Of a DNA stretch of 62,570 nt, positions 38,167-49,240 are shown in pieces. The stretch is from Eremomyces bilateralis CBS 781.70. Its lineage: Eukaryota. The notes below the pieces were generated by a model. It was not told where the DNA came from. It worked only from the letters and a program-made list of their open reading frames with translations, and made no database searches. Within the stretch, counting starts at the first letter, position 1; each line of letters begins with the position of its first letter. The stretch lies in NCBI GenBank assembly GCA_010015585.1, contig ML975150.1; one strand, given 5' to 3'. Both the position numbers and the translations under genes were made by a program.

Positions 38167-40887
38167 ATGACGCACCGGCTTCGAACGGACCCTATCGATG
38201 TCGAACGACCGGAACTGCATCCTCGACGACCTCCTGATTATCGGCCTGTTTTGCTATGGCATAAGACGCCAGGAATGCAACTGTCGCAGCAGAGCATCCT
38301 TGCGGATCCGTCTGGCACATCTTCGACTTCCGCAAGCCATATATCCGTGCCAACCAAACCCTCTATCCACAAGAACATCTCCAGCAAAAGCAGCAATGCG
38401 GAACGATGGTTTGAGTTGTCGAACAACAACGTTCAAAGATGGAATTCCTTGATGGACAACGAGCCGCCGTTCTTCCTCCGAAATCCTTCGTCTTCTAAAG
38501 CGACTCCTTCCGAGGGCTGTCCCCCTTTCTTTCAGCCTCTCAACGCCCTTCCCTGCCACCCGGAACCTCCGCCGCAACAAGAGAGTTCGTCAGAGGATTT
38601 CCGGAGCATCATTGATGATCTGACGATCAAGAATAAGCGGCTTCGGCGGAGGTTGAGGAAGTACGAGAAGGTTCATGATGGCCATTTGAACGATCAGAAA
38701 CTCTTCGAGATTCGGGTTCATGGTCTGAATCGGGAGCGGAAAACCGAATTGGAGGGTATCCTTCGGCAGTTTGCGACAACTGCTGACCATCAGAGGCCGA
38801 TGGATGCGGTAACTGGCACTGGAGCTACAAGTAATGGGATAGGCACTGTGGAACCCAAGCGGAGTTTATTCATCAAAAATCCCTCTAGAAATTCCGATTC
38901 GGCATACGCATCGATGTTCATGTCAGGCCAGAACCCATCAATCCAGAACCTTTCCAAGCAGATCTCCACACACTCTTCGTCGATGAACAGTAATCAAAGT
39001 ACATCTTGGAGAGCCCTATCCTCCCGTCAGCAGCAAGACATCCAATCCTACCCTAAGGATATACCTACAGGGTTACGTCCACAACCATCCGCGACTCTGT
39101 CAGAAAAGGCTCGAAGGAAGCTTGTTGTTCGTCGACTGGAACAGATCTTCGCCGGTAAAGGTCCCGTGGGCGCGCACGAGCATCCCGAGCAGCAGGAAGA
39201 GATTGCACAATCCGCTGCGCGGGCGGATAAAAAGTTGATTGAAGACATGGGTCGGCGGGATAAGGATGAGGATATGCGTGAAGCGCGCATCATGCCAAAG
39301 GATTCACTGGATATAGCCAAGGCAGATCAACCAGGGAAGTTGGAAGATGGATCTACGAGTGACGTGGAGATGACCAGCGACAACGGCCCCGATCAGCGAC
39401 CGACACGTCCGCTGGATCTTGATCCACATCGTGCGCAGGACCCGCGAGAGAACATCGAGTATATCCGACATCTGGGATTCTTGCCGGCAGGCTCCGATTC
39501 GAGCGAACCGCGAACAGATGACCACGGGTGGGTTTACCTGAACATCTTAACCAACATGGCGCAGCTGCACACGATCAGTGTGACCACCGACTTTGTGAAG
39601 AACGCGATATCGGAATACAGCCAGAAGTTGGAGTTGTCGCACGATGGATGCAAAGCGCGCTGGAGAGGTGGCCGCGACGTCACTCGCACCAGCAGCGATG
39701 CGTCGCTGGAAGAGAAGGACGAGCTCGGGGGCGAAGATGATAATGCAGGGCCCCCTCGAAAGCGGGCGAAGGTTAGCGTTGGTACAAGTGGTCAATCCTG
39801 CCGTGGCTCGAACGGAATGCAATCTACCCCCGACTCGAAGTCGAATTATAAATACGCCTATCAACCACTCTTCTTCCGGAGGGAAAGCTCGGAAGACGAT
39901 GAGGAGGACTCAGACGAGTTCTCACCCTGGTCCTCGCCTCAACATGGTCAAGCAACTGGAAACTCTTCCGGCCTTACCAGCTCTGGCGTCGATAACGCCA
40001 ACCGCCGACGACATCGAGAAGACGGTCCGATCATATTCTACAATAAAGCGCCGTTCTTCACCGACTTGAGCGGCGACCACACTCCTCTCTCCCACCAAAT
40101 CCTGTCGCAGCCCCAAGCAGATGACCTCCAAGCTCGAAAGCCCATCGGCCTCAAGCGCGAACGCATATTCTCTTACGACTCCCGCGGCGACACCGACCTG
40201 TCCGATCGTCCCTTGAACTACGTCCCAACATCTGAAATCGGCGGGAATTCAGACAAACCCCCTCTGGAACCCTCGTCCGATGACCTCAGATTCTCCCCAG
40301 GATTTCTCCAAAGCTACCTATCGTCCAACGACGAGCGACCCCGCGGCGTCGACTTCGAAGCCTCCGGGATCGGTGGCGTCCAGCCGAGCGACCACTTTGC
40401 CATCGATGTCCGCAGCATACAGACCGTTCACGGACCCCGGGAGCAGAACCACCACTCCCATCGCCATCACTCGCGGCTCTACCAATCGAAGATCGCCGAT
40501 GCGTTATCGCAACGGCCAAGCCACGAGCGCAAAGGATTATGCGAACCCCACCAAGGAAGGCCCTCTCCCGCCGCCAATCCTAACCAGATCATCTCCTCCC
40601 GCCTCCGCAACCTCCCCGTTTCCATCCTCCCCCCACCCACGTTTCTATCACTCCCATCCACCGACTCCGACGTCTCCGACTCCGACGAAGGCCGAGACAC
40701 CTCGAGCGTCTCCGCCAAGCACGGCCTGGATCTGTGGCCCGCGCTGATAGATTCCCACGAGGTGGAGATAGAGGATTCCGGCGGGTATTTCTCGGAAGAT
40801 GAGGGCGGATCCAGCGACCTGTTGGCAGACGTGGATCTGCGAGCTGCAGGTTATGCAGGAGGTAGCGGCGGCGGGGAATTGAAATGA
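38167..40887 (+). CDS. frq: Circadian clock protein FREQUENCY, intronless ORF (open from ATG 38095; start at 38167 preferred by homology)
   Basis: Coiled coil EDFRSIIDDLTIKNKRLRRRLRKY, KLFEIRVHGL, SDSAYASM, FCD1 RKLVVRRLEQIF, QRPTRPLDLDP, FCD2 GWVYLNILTNMAQLH, NLS-like PPRKRAK, IIFYNKAPFFTDLSGD, FFD-like EASGIGGVQPSDHF. Confidence 0.95.
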   Translation: MTHRLRTDPIDVERPELHPRRPPDYRPVLLWHKTPGMQLSQQSILADPSGTSSTSASHISVPTKPSIHKNISSKSSNAERWFELSNNNVQRWNSLMDNEPPFFLRNPSSSKATPSEGCPPFFQPLNALPCHPEPPPQQESSSEDFRSIIDDLTIKNKRLRRRLRKYEKVHDGHLNDQKLFEIRVHGLNRERKTELEGILRQFATTADHQRPMDAVTGTGATSNGIGTVEPKRSLFIKNPSRNSDSAYASMFMSGQNPSIQNLSKQISTHSSSMNSNQSTSWRALSSRQQQDIQSYPKDIPTGLRPQPSATLSEKARRKLVVRRLEQIFAGKGPVGAHEHPEQQEEIAQSAARADKKLIEDMGRRDKDEDMREARIMPKDSLDIAKADQPGKLEDGSTSDVEMTSDNGPDQRPTRPLDLDPHRAQDPRENIEYIRHLGFLPAGSDSSEPRTDDHGWVYLNILTNMAQLHTISVTTDFVKNAISEYSQKLELSHDGCKARWRGGRDVTRTSSDASLEEKDELGGEDDNAGPPRKRAKVSVGTSGQSCRGSNGMQSTPDSKSNYKYAYQPLFFRRESSEDDEEDSDEFSPWSSPQHGQATGNSSGLTSSGVDNANRRRHREDGPIIFYNKAPFFTDLSGDHTPLSHQILSQPQADDLQARKPIGLKRERIFSYDSRGDTDLSDRPLNYVPTSEIGGNSDKPPLEPSSDDLRFSPGFLQSYLSSNDERPRGVDFEASGIGGVQPSDHFAIDVRSIQTVHGPREQNHHSHRHHSRLYQSKIADALSQRPSHERKGLCEPHQGRPSPAANPNQIISSRLRNLPVSILPPPTFLSLPSTDSDVSDSDEGRDTSSVSAKHGLDLWPALIDSHEVEIEDSGGYFSEDEGGSSDLLADVDLRAAGYAGGSGGGELK

Positions 40888-41167
40888 GAAGGAAGACGGA
40901 GGTTGGGAGATTAAGAAATGATTCACGGTCATGGACATGATGTTTTAGGACATTGACGGCGCCTTTTTGGTTTGGCGATTCGAGTTCGATTGTCGCGTCG
41001 AGCATGGAAATGGTTACCATTTATGGTAGCGCATTTTACATGAGCGAAAGGTAACTCTTACCTATTTTTGACAGCCTTACATAACATCGAGGAAATTGAG
41101 AAACCTTCGACGAGCAGAATTCAGACAATAGATGTCTCCATTGCGTCTACATTTTGACTCCCTAGTG

Positions 41168-41265
41168 ACCGCGTCCTATTATGATTGCGATGCGTGACGT
41201 CAATTGCAACTCGCGTTCCCCTGTCAATCACGTGCAGACGCGTCCGCGTAAAGTGTTTCGCGTCG
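41168..41265. promoter_or_regulatory. MCB element cluster (MBF-type G1/S sites) in the MSH2 promoter
   Basis: Perfect ACGCGT at 41238-41243 plus four CGCGT at ~41170, 41212, 41245 and 41259, 100-190 bp upstream of the MSH2 ATG. Confidence 0.6.
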
Positions 41266-41358
41266 TCAGAACAACCTTCAGATTCACTTCCATCCACGGC
41301 CCGGCATATCACACCAAAACCCAATTCTCCCCAAAATATACCAGACAAGCCAGGAAGT

Positions 41359-44300
41359 ATGGGGTCACGTCCGGATTTGAAGGTGGACGACGAGGTCGGC
41401 TTTATTAGATTCTTCCGGAACCTGCCCACCACCAACGGGGACACCGTCCGAATATTCGACCGGGGCGAGTTCTACACGGCACATGGGGAGGATGCTCAGC
41501 TCATTGCGCGGACGGTATGTGTAGTTTTTCCTGGCAGTTGAATGAGGCAAAATTGGTCTAATTAGGCGCCTGCCAGGTCTACCGAACCACTTCGGTCATC
41601 CGACAACTTGGCCGCGAGCCAGGTCTTGACTCCGTCACGCTCTCCGTGACGGTGTTCCGAAACTTTCTTCGCGAAGCGCTGTTTCGGCTCGGCAAACGGG
41701 TGGAAGTATGGGAGAGTTCCGGCGGACGAATGAATTGGAAGATCACGAAGCGAGTATGTTCTCCAACCAGCCCTACATCTACCTTCGTACTGACCGAAAC
41801 TTCAGGCTTCCCCAGGTAATCTCCAAGACATCGAAGACGATCTCGGCGGCCAAATCGACTCTGCCCCCATCATCCTCGCCGTCAAAATCACCGCCCGCGC
41901 CGCCGAAGCCCGCCACGTAGGAGTTTGCTTCGCCGACGCCAGCGTGCGCGAGCTCGGCGTCTGCGAGTTCCTCGACAACGACCTCTACTCCAACCTCGAG
42001 TCGCTGCTCATCCAGCTCGGCGCGCGCGAATGCCTCGTACAGGCGGATGCGGCCGGCAAGAATGTGGATCTGGCGAAGATCCGCGCGATCGTCGACAACT
42101 GCGGGTGCGCGTTGGCGGAGCGGGCGTCGTCAGATTTTGCCACGAGAGATATTGAGCAGGATTTATCGAGGTTGTTGAGGGAAGAACGGGCCGCCGGGGT
42201 GTTGCCGCAGATGGATCTGAAGCTCGCGATGGGGAGCGCGGCGGCGCTGTTGAGGTATCTGGGGATCATGTCGGATTCATCGAATTTCGGGCAATATCAG
42301 CTGTACCAGCACGATCTGTCGCAGTACATGAAGCTCGACGCGTCGGCGGTTCGAGCGCTAAACCTGATGCCTGGCCCTAGAGACGGCGCGAAGACGATGA
42401 GCCTGTATGGACTCCTGAATCATTGCAAGACACCAATCGGGAGTCGGTTGCTCGCACAGTGGTTAAAGCAGCCACTAATGAATGTCGAGGAAATTGAGCG
42501 GAGACAGCAGCTGGTGGAGGCGTTCGTGGAGGATACAGCGCTACGGCAGACAATGCAGGAGGAGCATCTCAGGAGCATTCCGGATTTGTATCGGCTCGCG
42601 AAGAAGTTTCAGCGGAAAGCGGCGAACTTGGAGGATGTGGTAAGGACGTATCAGGTCTCCATACGGCTGCCAGGATTTCTGGGGCTGCTGGATGCCGTGA
42701 TGGATGAGAGGTATCAAGATGCTTTGGAAAAGGAGTACACGACCAAGCTTCGAGTAGGAAATTCGATCTCCGTTTACCGTTCTATACTAACAGCTATACA
42801 GGAGTACTCCAACAGCCTGGCGAAGCTACAGGAGATGGTCGAAACAACCGTGGACCTCGAAGCGCTCGACAACCATGAGTTCATCATCAAACCAGAATTT
42901 GATGACAGCCTCAGGACCATTCGGAAAAGACTAGACAAGCTCAAGTACGAGATGGGAGTGGAGCAGAGGAAAATCGCTCAGGATCTTGACCTAGACATGG
43001 ATAAGAAGCTATTCCTTGAGAATCACCGTGTACACGGCTGGTGCCTACGTGTCACTCGAGCGGTACGTGTTTCTCCTGCATGTGGACAATACAGTTCTAA
43101 CTTCTTGATAGGAATCAAGTTGCATCCGCGGCAAGAGGCAATACCAAGAATGCTCTACACAGAAGAACGGTGTTTATTTCACCACCTCCACCCTCCAGGC
43201 ATATCGACGAGAGTTTGACCGGCTTTCTGAGACCTACAACAGAACTCAAAGTGGCCTCGTAAACGAGGTGGTTGGTGTTGCTGGTAAGTCGTTGTACCCC
43301 TTTAAACCCTTCCCTTCTAAATAATCCCAGCATCATATTGTCCGGTCATAGAAAAATTAGCAGGCGTCATCGCCCATCTTGATGTCATCGTCAGCCTAGC
43401 CCATGTTTCCGTTCACGCCCCTACACCATACACCCGACCCAAGATGCATGCCCGTGGCACGGGCAATACCATTCTCAAGGAAGCCCGACATCCCTGCATG
43501 GAGATGCAAGACGACGTCCAATTCATCACCAACGATGTCACCCTCGAGCGCAGCAAATCCGAATTCCTCATCATCACGGGCCCAAACATGGGCGGCAAAT
43601 CCACGTATATCCGACAAATCGGCGTGATCGCGCTGATGGCTCAAGTCGGCTGCTTCGTCCCCTGCTCCGAAGCCGAACTCACCATATTTGACTGCATCCT
43701 CGCCCGCGTCGGCGCTAGCGACTCGCAACTCAAAGGCGTGTCGACCTTCATGGCGGAGATGTTAGAGACGGCGAACATCCTGAAGACCGCGACGAAAGAG
43801 TCGCTCGTCATCATCGACGAGCTGGGCCGTGGGACGAGCACGTACGACGGGTTCGGCCTCGCGTGGGCCATCTCCGAGCACATCGTTCGCGAAATCGGGG
43901 CGTTCGCGTTGTTCGCGACCCATTTCCATGAGCTGACCGCCCTGGTCGACTCGTACCCGCAGGTCCAGAACCTGCACGTCGTTGCGCACATCTCCGACGA
44001 CGACGACGGCTCACAGTCGAAGCGAGAGGTCACGTTGCTCTACAAAGTGGAGCCTGGCGTCTGCGACCAGTCGTTTGGGATCCACGTCGCGGAGTTGGTA
44101 CGTTTCCCGACGAAAGTCATCAACATGGCGAAGAGGAAGGCGGATGAGTTGGAGGACTTCTCCGGGAAGCATGAGAAACTGACGAAGCAGGCGTCGAAGG
44201 AAGATGTGGAAACAGGGACGAGGATGTTGAAGGAATTGCTGAAGCAGTGGAAGCAAGAAGTCGAGGGAGGGGAGTTGAGTGAACAGGAGCAGGTGGAGAG

Positions 44301-44373
44301 GATGAGATCCTTGGTGAATTCGAATAAGGAGCTGTTGGAGAATCCGTTCTTCCAGAATGTTCAAGTTCTATGA
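41359..44373 (+). CDS. MSH2: DNA mismatch repair protein Msh2; introns ~41515-41576, 41754-41805, 42754-42801, 43063-43111, 43284-43330
   Basis: [43 protein letters not shown] (Walker A), [36 protein letters not shown]. Confidence 0.97.
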
Positions 44374-44696
44374 GGGACGAAATAATACGGTATTGAGGGC
44401 ATGACTTCGGCGTTGTCGGGATTGGTAAGGATAAGATTCCAGAATCACCTCCGGGAAAATCTAAATAAAATAATTCTTCAGCCCTCTTGCCCTAACTACC
44501 AAGGACTTTTAATGTTGTCATACAGGTCCAAGCCAGGATATAATCGTGGGCCATGTTGAAGCGATAGATGCACTGTATCGCCGTGCAAGAATGGTATTGT
44601 TAAACAAATACAGTAATATCAAACACGCAATAGATAATTTCAATGGAGGACCATCTGAATCCAAGTCTCGACATGAGATAGGCTGAAAATGCACAC

Positions 44697-45794
44697 TCAA
44701 GACCGGGAACCATCCGACTTCTTCCGCCCTCTATTAATGGCCCGTCCAACCGGCCGTCCGATCGCGTCTCGAGCAATTTCCTGCAACCAATTCGGCCACC
44801 ACCGAATCCCCGACGCCGCCCATAAATTATCCGGCAGGATCAACTGCGCGCCCTTCCGACTGAAAATCTGCTCCACAATGCGACCCCCAACGTATTCCGG
44901 CGTCATCATCTTCCCCCCCTTCTCAATCTGCTTCGCGTCCTTGGCCGTCATATCGGTCCGCACCCAGCTCGGATGGGCAACCGTCGTGACGATCCCCGGC
45001 GCCTTATAGACGTGCTTGATTTCGCACGTCAGCCCCTCGTGGAAGGCGAGCGCGCCCGCCTTGCTGGCGGAGTAGGGGATACCGGCCGGTAGCGCGAGGT
45101 ACGATGCCATGCTCGCGATCGTGACGATGTGCCCCTTGTTCTGCGCGATCATACTCGGGAGGCAGGCTTTCGTGGTGGTCCAATGTGCCAGGAGGTTGAT
45201 GCCCATGATTTTATGGAGGTAGTCGTCGGGCGTGTGGAGGATGGGGTACGAGCCGCCGATGCCGGCATTGTTGACGAGGATGGAGGGGTCGCCGAGGGTT
45301 TTGCGGACGGATTCGATAGCCTCGTTAGTGTCGGAGGCGGAGGTGACGTCGCATTTGAAGTAGGAGACGGAGGGGTTCTCCTTCAGATCCTCGGGGAGTT
45401 CTTGTACGTCAAGAATGGCGACACGGACGCCTCTTTTGACAAGCCCAAGGACAATCTGTTTACCAATACCGTTGCTACCGCCGGTAACCACTGCAATCTC
45501 CTCATCCCATTTCCATCCTTCCTGGGCGGAGATGCGCCAATTGTTGGTCGCCAGTGTATTAAGCGCGCGGTTTAGGCGCTTCCCAAAGCCTAGTGCAAGG
45601 AGGATCCATAATCCAAGTTTCACTTTGTCATCCTGGATCCAAGAAGGAATGAAGTCTAGTTCTAGGAATTGACGCTGTACATTCTCAGGTAGGAACCTCA
45701 TTGCAGCCAGAGTCGAGCCGGTGATGGCTGGCTCAAATGCAAGGCCGATAATGCCTCCCACCAACTTCAATGTGAGCCTTTGGAGCGACGTCAT
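44697..45794 (-). CDS. Membrane-associated short-chain dehydrogenase/reductase (17-beta-HSD11/retinol dehydrogenase-like)
   Basis: TGGSNGIG cofactor motif, NNAG, YSASK catalytic motif, N-terminal hydrophobic segments; ATG at 45794. Confidence 0.9.
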   Translation of the reverse strand: MTSLQRLTLKLVGGIIGLAFEPAITGSTLAAMRFLPENVQRQFLELDFIPSWIQDDKVKLGLWILLALGFGKRLNRALNTLATNNWRISAQEGWKWDEEIAVVTGGSNGIGKQIVLGLVKRGVRVAILDVQELPEDLKENPSVSYFKCDVTSASDTNEAIESVRKTLGDPSILVNNAGIGGSYPILHTPDDYLHKIMGINLLAHWTTTKACLPSMIAQNKGHIVTIASMASYLALPAGIPYSASKAGALAFHEGLTCEIKHVYKAPGIVTTVAHPSWVRTDMTAKDAKQIEKGGKMMTPEYVGGRIVEQIFSRKGAQLILPDNLWAASGIRWWPNWLQEIARDAIGRPVGRAINRGRKKSDGSRS

Positions 45795-47115
45795 CTTGGT
45801 TTTCACCTCAACCGAAGTAGTTGATTGACAAGCAAGAGTCTCGATTGCAAGAGGAAACGTATAAATATGGGTATGAATGGCTTTCGAGCACGGAACGCGG
45901 CGGCGTAGAAAAAGTAAGCAAGGCAAGCTGCAAGCCAGAAGAGGAATTGTTAACAACCCGAATGGACGGTAGAGATGGTGGCGCGATATAAATTGGTCAC
46001 AGTCCCCAGGCTCTTTCTGTTCCAACGATGTTGGCGACTAGCAAATATCATTGATGTACTCCGGATATGTGCACGTTATTGAAGATTTCTCGAAGTTCAT
46101 CAGATATTGCATGATGGATGTGATTCACGGAGGTCGAGATGTCTGGTGTAGAGATTGCGGAAGCGGAAATATCGGCTCGGCCCGCATTCCGGTAGCACAT
46201 GCGGCTACAGGTGCCGGAACGCACCCGCGGAATAATAATATACCTCCCTTAGTAATCACTACAGGACCCGATTCTCCAAATTCATCAGTTCTACATATTC
46301 TCCTTTACGGCTCTAACGCTGAATAAATGGGCCGGAGATGATCATCAGCGGGAATGTGGTGCAGTACTATGACCCAGACCGACGTTGTGAGCTCATTTTG
46401 CGAGTAACGGGCGAAGAAACCTAGAATGACTTGCGTGAGACAACGTGGAGTGTGCAAACGTTTGTGGATCCACATGGGATTGGTGACTACGGGTCCGTAC
46501 GGTAAGGATTTAGAGTAGGTTGTCCTGTCGTGTTTAATCTGACGGTGCTATGCCTTCTAGGGCTTGACTTTTTAAACACCTTAAAGAGACATGAACTGAG
46601 TCGCTGGTTATGGAAGAACAAAAATGGGCCTTAAGGAACCGGCACCTCCCGGGTTCTTATACAATCTCCTGAGCTAAGAGACACTTAGGCGAAGGTGTCA
46701 GCTAACAGATGGATTGGGTACTGCGGACATCTAGGTGGAATAGTCCAACACATATTGTTCCTAATGGTCCAGGAATCCCTCCCTTGTCGAAGAGACCTGC
46801 ATAGTATATGTTCTCTTGTGATAGTTCCGATCAGTGGTCGCCAGGTAGCTCAATGTCACGCAACTTACAGCGCGCGTCCTTGGACTCATATGTGACTTCA
46901 CCTGAGCCTCGTATCTTAAGAGGAGACATTCGTACGGGTAGTATATTCATCAGAGCCGCACATATTCGCAAGGATGACCTTGACGAACAGACAAGCAGAA
47001 CCTCGCATCTCGATGTCGGTGAAAGAGGCGCAACACTAGGAAATGGGGAAACCTCAGTTCCGTCTTGCTCTAGCTTTCGCCACAGGTTTCTTTATATTCC
47101 TAGCCCTATTTTGTT

Positions 47116-48438
47116 TCATGTGAATCTCTTCCCAGGGAATTCGTCGATGAACTTCTTTGCCGTGGGCTTTAACTGCGCGTTCAGTTCATCCAGTCTGTGG
47201 ATCGGCAGGGATAAGAACTCGTGCTTGTTCGTCCACTTCACCTGACTTTGCGCATAATCCCGGGCAGCCGATGGCGAAGGAGGCGGGTCGGTGATCTTTG
47301 TGATGAGATATGCAGTGCTCGCTTCAGCAATGCCGTAGACAAGGACACCGAGCAGCGGAATCTTCAGCATGGCATAGAATGCCAAAGCGAAGCCGAAGAG
47401 AACGCCGGCGCGGTCATGGAACCATTCCTTCTTTTGAGCCTTAGTGTAGGGTACCCTTGAGAAGTATGGATCAAGCTATTGAAACATTAGCCACGTGGCT
47501 CACTTGATAGAATCTATGAAACTTACCAGTTCTCGCATGAGACTGCGGGAGGAGAAGTAGGTTTGTAAGAAGACAACTAGGTAGCGTCTGGGAAGGAAGA
47601 GTCCACTTCCAAAAATCACCAAAGCCGGCGGAGTGCCGACTGACTTATTGAACGTGTAGAAACTCGCAGCCGGAAGGACGAATCGCCCAACAAGAGGCAA
47701 AAAGGACAGGGCGTATACCGCTAATGATATCGCTGCTCGTCTCCCGTACCGAATTAAGAACGCCAAAGCCGCATCCATCGGTGACTTCTTCTCCCCTGAA
47801 CCGTGACGAGAATACAATTTCAGATTCTCGTAGTACATGGCCCGCAGTTTGGTTGGGTCATCGGACTTGTGCTTGGCGATATACGTTCGATCAACCCAAT
47901 CCAGGGATTCCATAAACCTTAAGACGAGTTAGTGAATCGTTGACCCAACTATCTCCTTTTTAAGGGTCGGGAAATGCAGCTTCGCTTACATTCGGTCCAA
48001 TGTTGGACTCACAAAGCGCATGAATGACATCAGGAAGAACGGTACTTGAAGGACCGAGTTCTCAATAAAGCTCAGTCCTTCAATCAGCTCGTTGTCCCAG
48101 TCCGCCGCGTCTAGATTCATAAATAGTCCAAGCATCCATATCAGGACTTTTACCACTACAACCTGCCTCGCGATTAGCATATGACTACACGGATTTACGA
48201 TTGAGCTTACCGGGATTGAGATGATGATACGGATAGCAAGGCCCGAGACTACCGCCAATACTGCTTGCCTGTAATGGTCGGAGGTAAATAGAGCTGGATT
48301 TTGGAGTGCTCGATGTGCTGGAACCCTTCAAGTCAGCTGTAGCTCAACGAATGCAACAAGGTGATTGTCCGTACCACCAACGAGAGTTAGCTGCGCACCG
48401 CGTAAGATCGCATTGATGTCAAAGTTCGACATCGACAT
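47116..48438 (-). CDS. usgS: UsgS-like fungal transmembrane protein; ~5 exons (48438-48375, 48319-48211, 48161-47999, 47917-47529, 47476-47116)
   Basis: Spliced MSNFDINAILRGAQLTLVGAHRALQNPALFT...QVPFFLM...FMESLDWVD...LPLVGRFVLPAASFY...YGIAEASTAYLITKITDPPP. Confidence 0.82.
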
Positions 48439-49026
48439 CTTGCCGTCAGAGTAGCAACCTCCTGTTGCTCTTATGATGTTTGCATCCGAAGCCAGAAATA
48501 TAACTAGATATTTGTAAGAGGTTCATAATTGGATCCATATGAACCCCAATGGTCGTCATCATTGGTGGGGGGTCTAGCTAACCCAATGAGGCTAGCGCAA
48601 TATCTGGTTCCACTCAAGTGATTCAACTGATACAAAGCAATAACTTATCAACAAGCGTAGACGCGAACCGCCAAGCGGTTCGCCCTAACAGAGCCTTGAG
48701 GAACGAAGCTCGAGTTGGCGATTGTGAATCCCAAAACGGCACTCGAATTATTCACAGAAGCATCACGAAAGGTTTACGGTTCATTGGTTGGAATAGAGGA
48801 TTGTTGAGATTAAAATGTCTGCAGAGGCTCAATGTCTAGCATAGTGGGATAGAACTTCACATGATTCAAGGAAAAGTATAAGACTAAGAGTAATACTAGC
48901 TGTCGCTCATTGGTCTCAGAATTACTGTCCAATATCTGTAGAAGAGCTGCGTAACGCAGGAGAAGACGAGATGAGACGAAACAGACTCATCTCGATATAT
49001 ACACGGCCTGTTGGTCTTGCCACAAA

Positions 49027-49166
49027 GGACCCTGAATCACGACATAGGATCTTCAGTTCCAACAGACCTTCTCCTTCCTATTGTTCCTACAAATTACAAT
49101 AGGATTTAGAAGGCTGTGTTGTCGTGAATCATAGAAGATCAGTATTCAACATATTCAACAGGGTCC
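49027..49166. repeat. Imperfect foldback / MITE-like relic
   Basis: GGACCCTG (49027-34) pairs with CAGGGTCC (49159-66). Inner arms TCACGACA..ACAG.CCTTCT..TCCTATTGT pair with ACAATAGGA..AGAAGGCTGT..TGTCGTGA. Confidence 0.55.
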
Positions 49167-49240
49167 AGGATCAATAGGGTATCTAGACTGAGGGAGAGCA
49201 TTGAATTTGATTTGTATATCACAGTTCTGGATCGATAGAT

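Noticed and set aside
35647..45794. AA9-frq-MSH2-SDR as a functional gene cluster
   Set aside because: Unrelated functions, with no shared motif or biosynthetic backbone gene; ordinary synteny is the simpler explanation.
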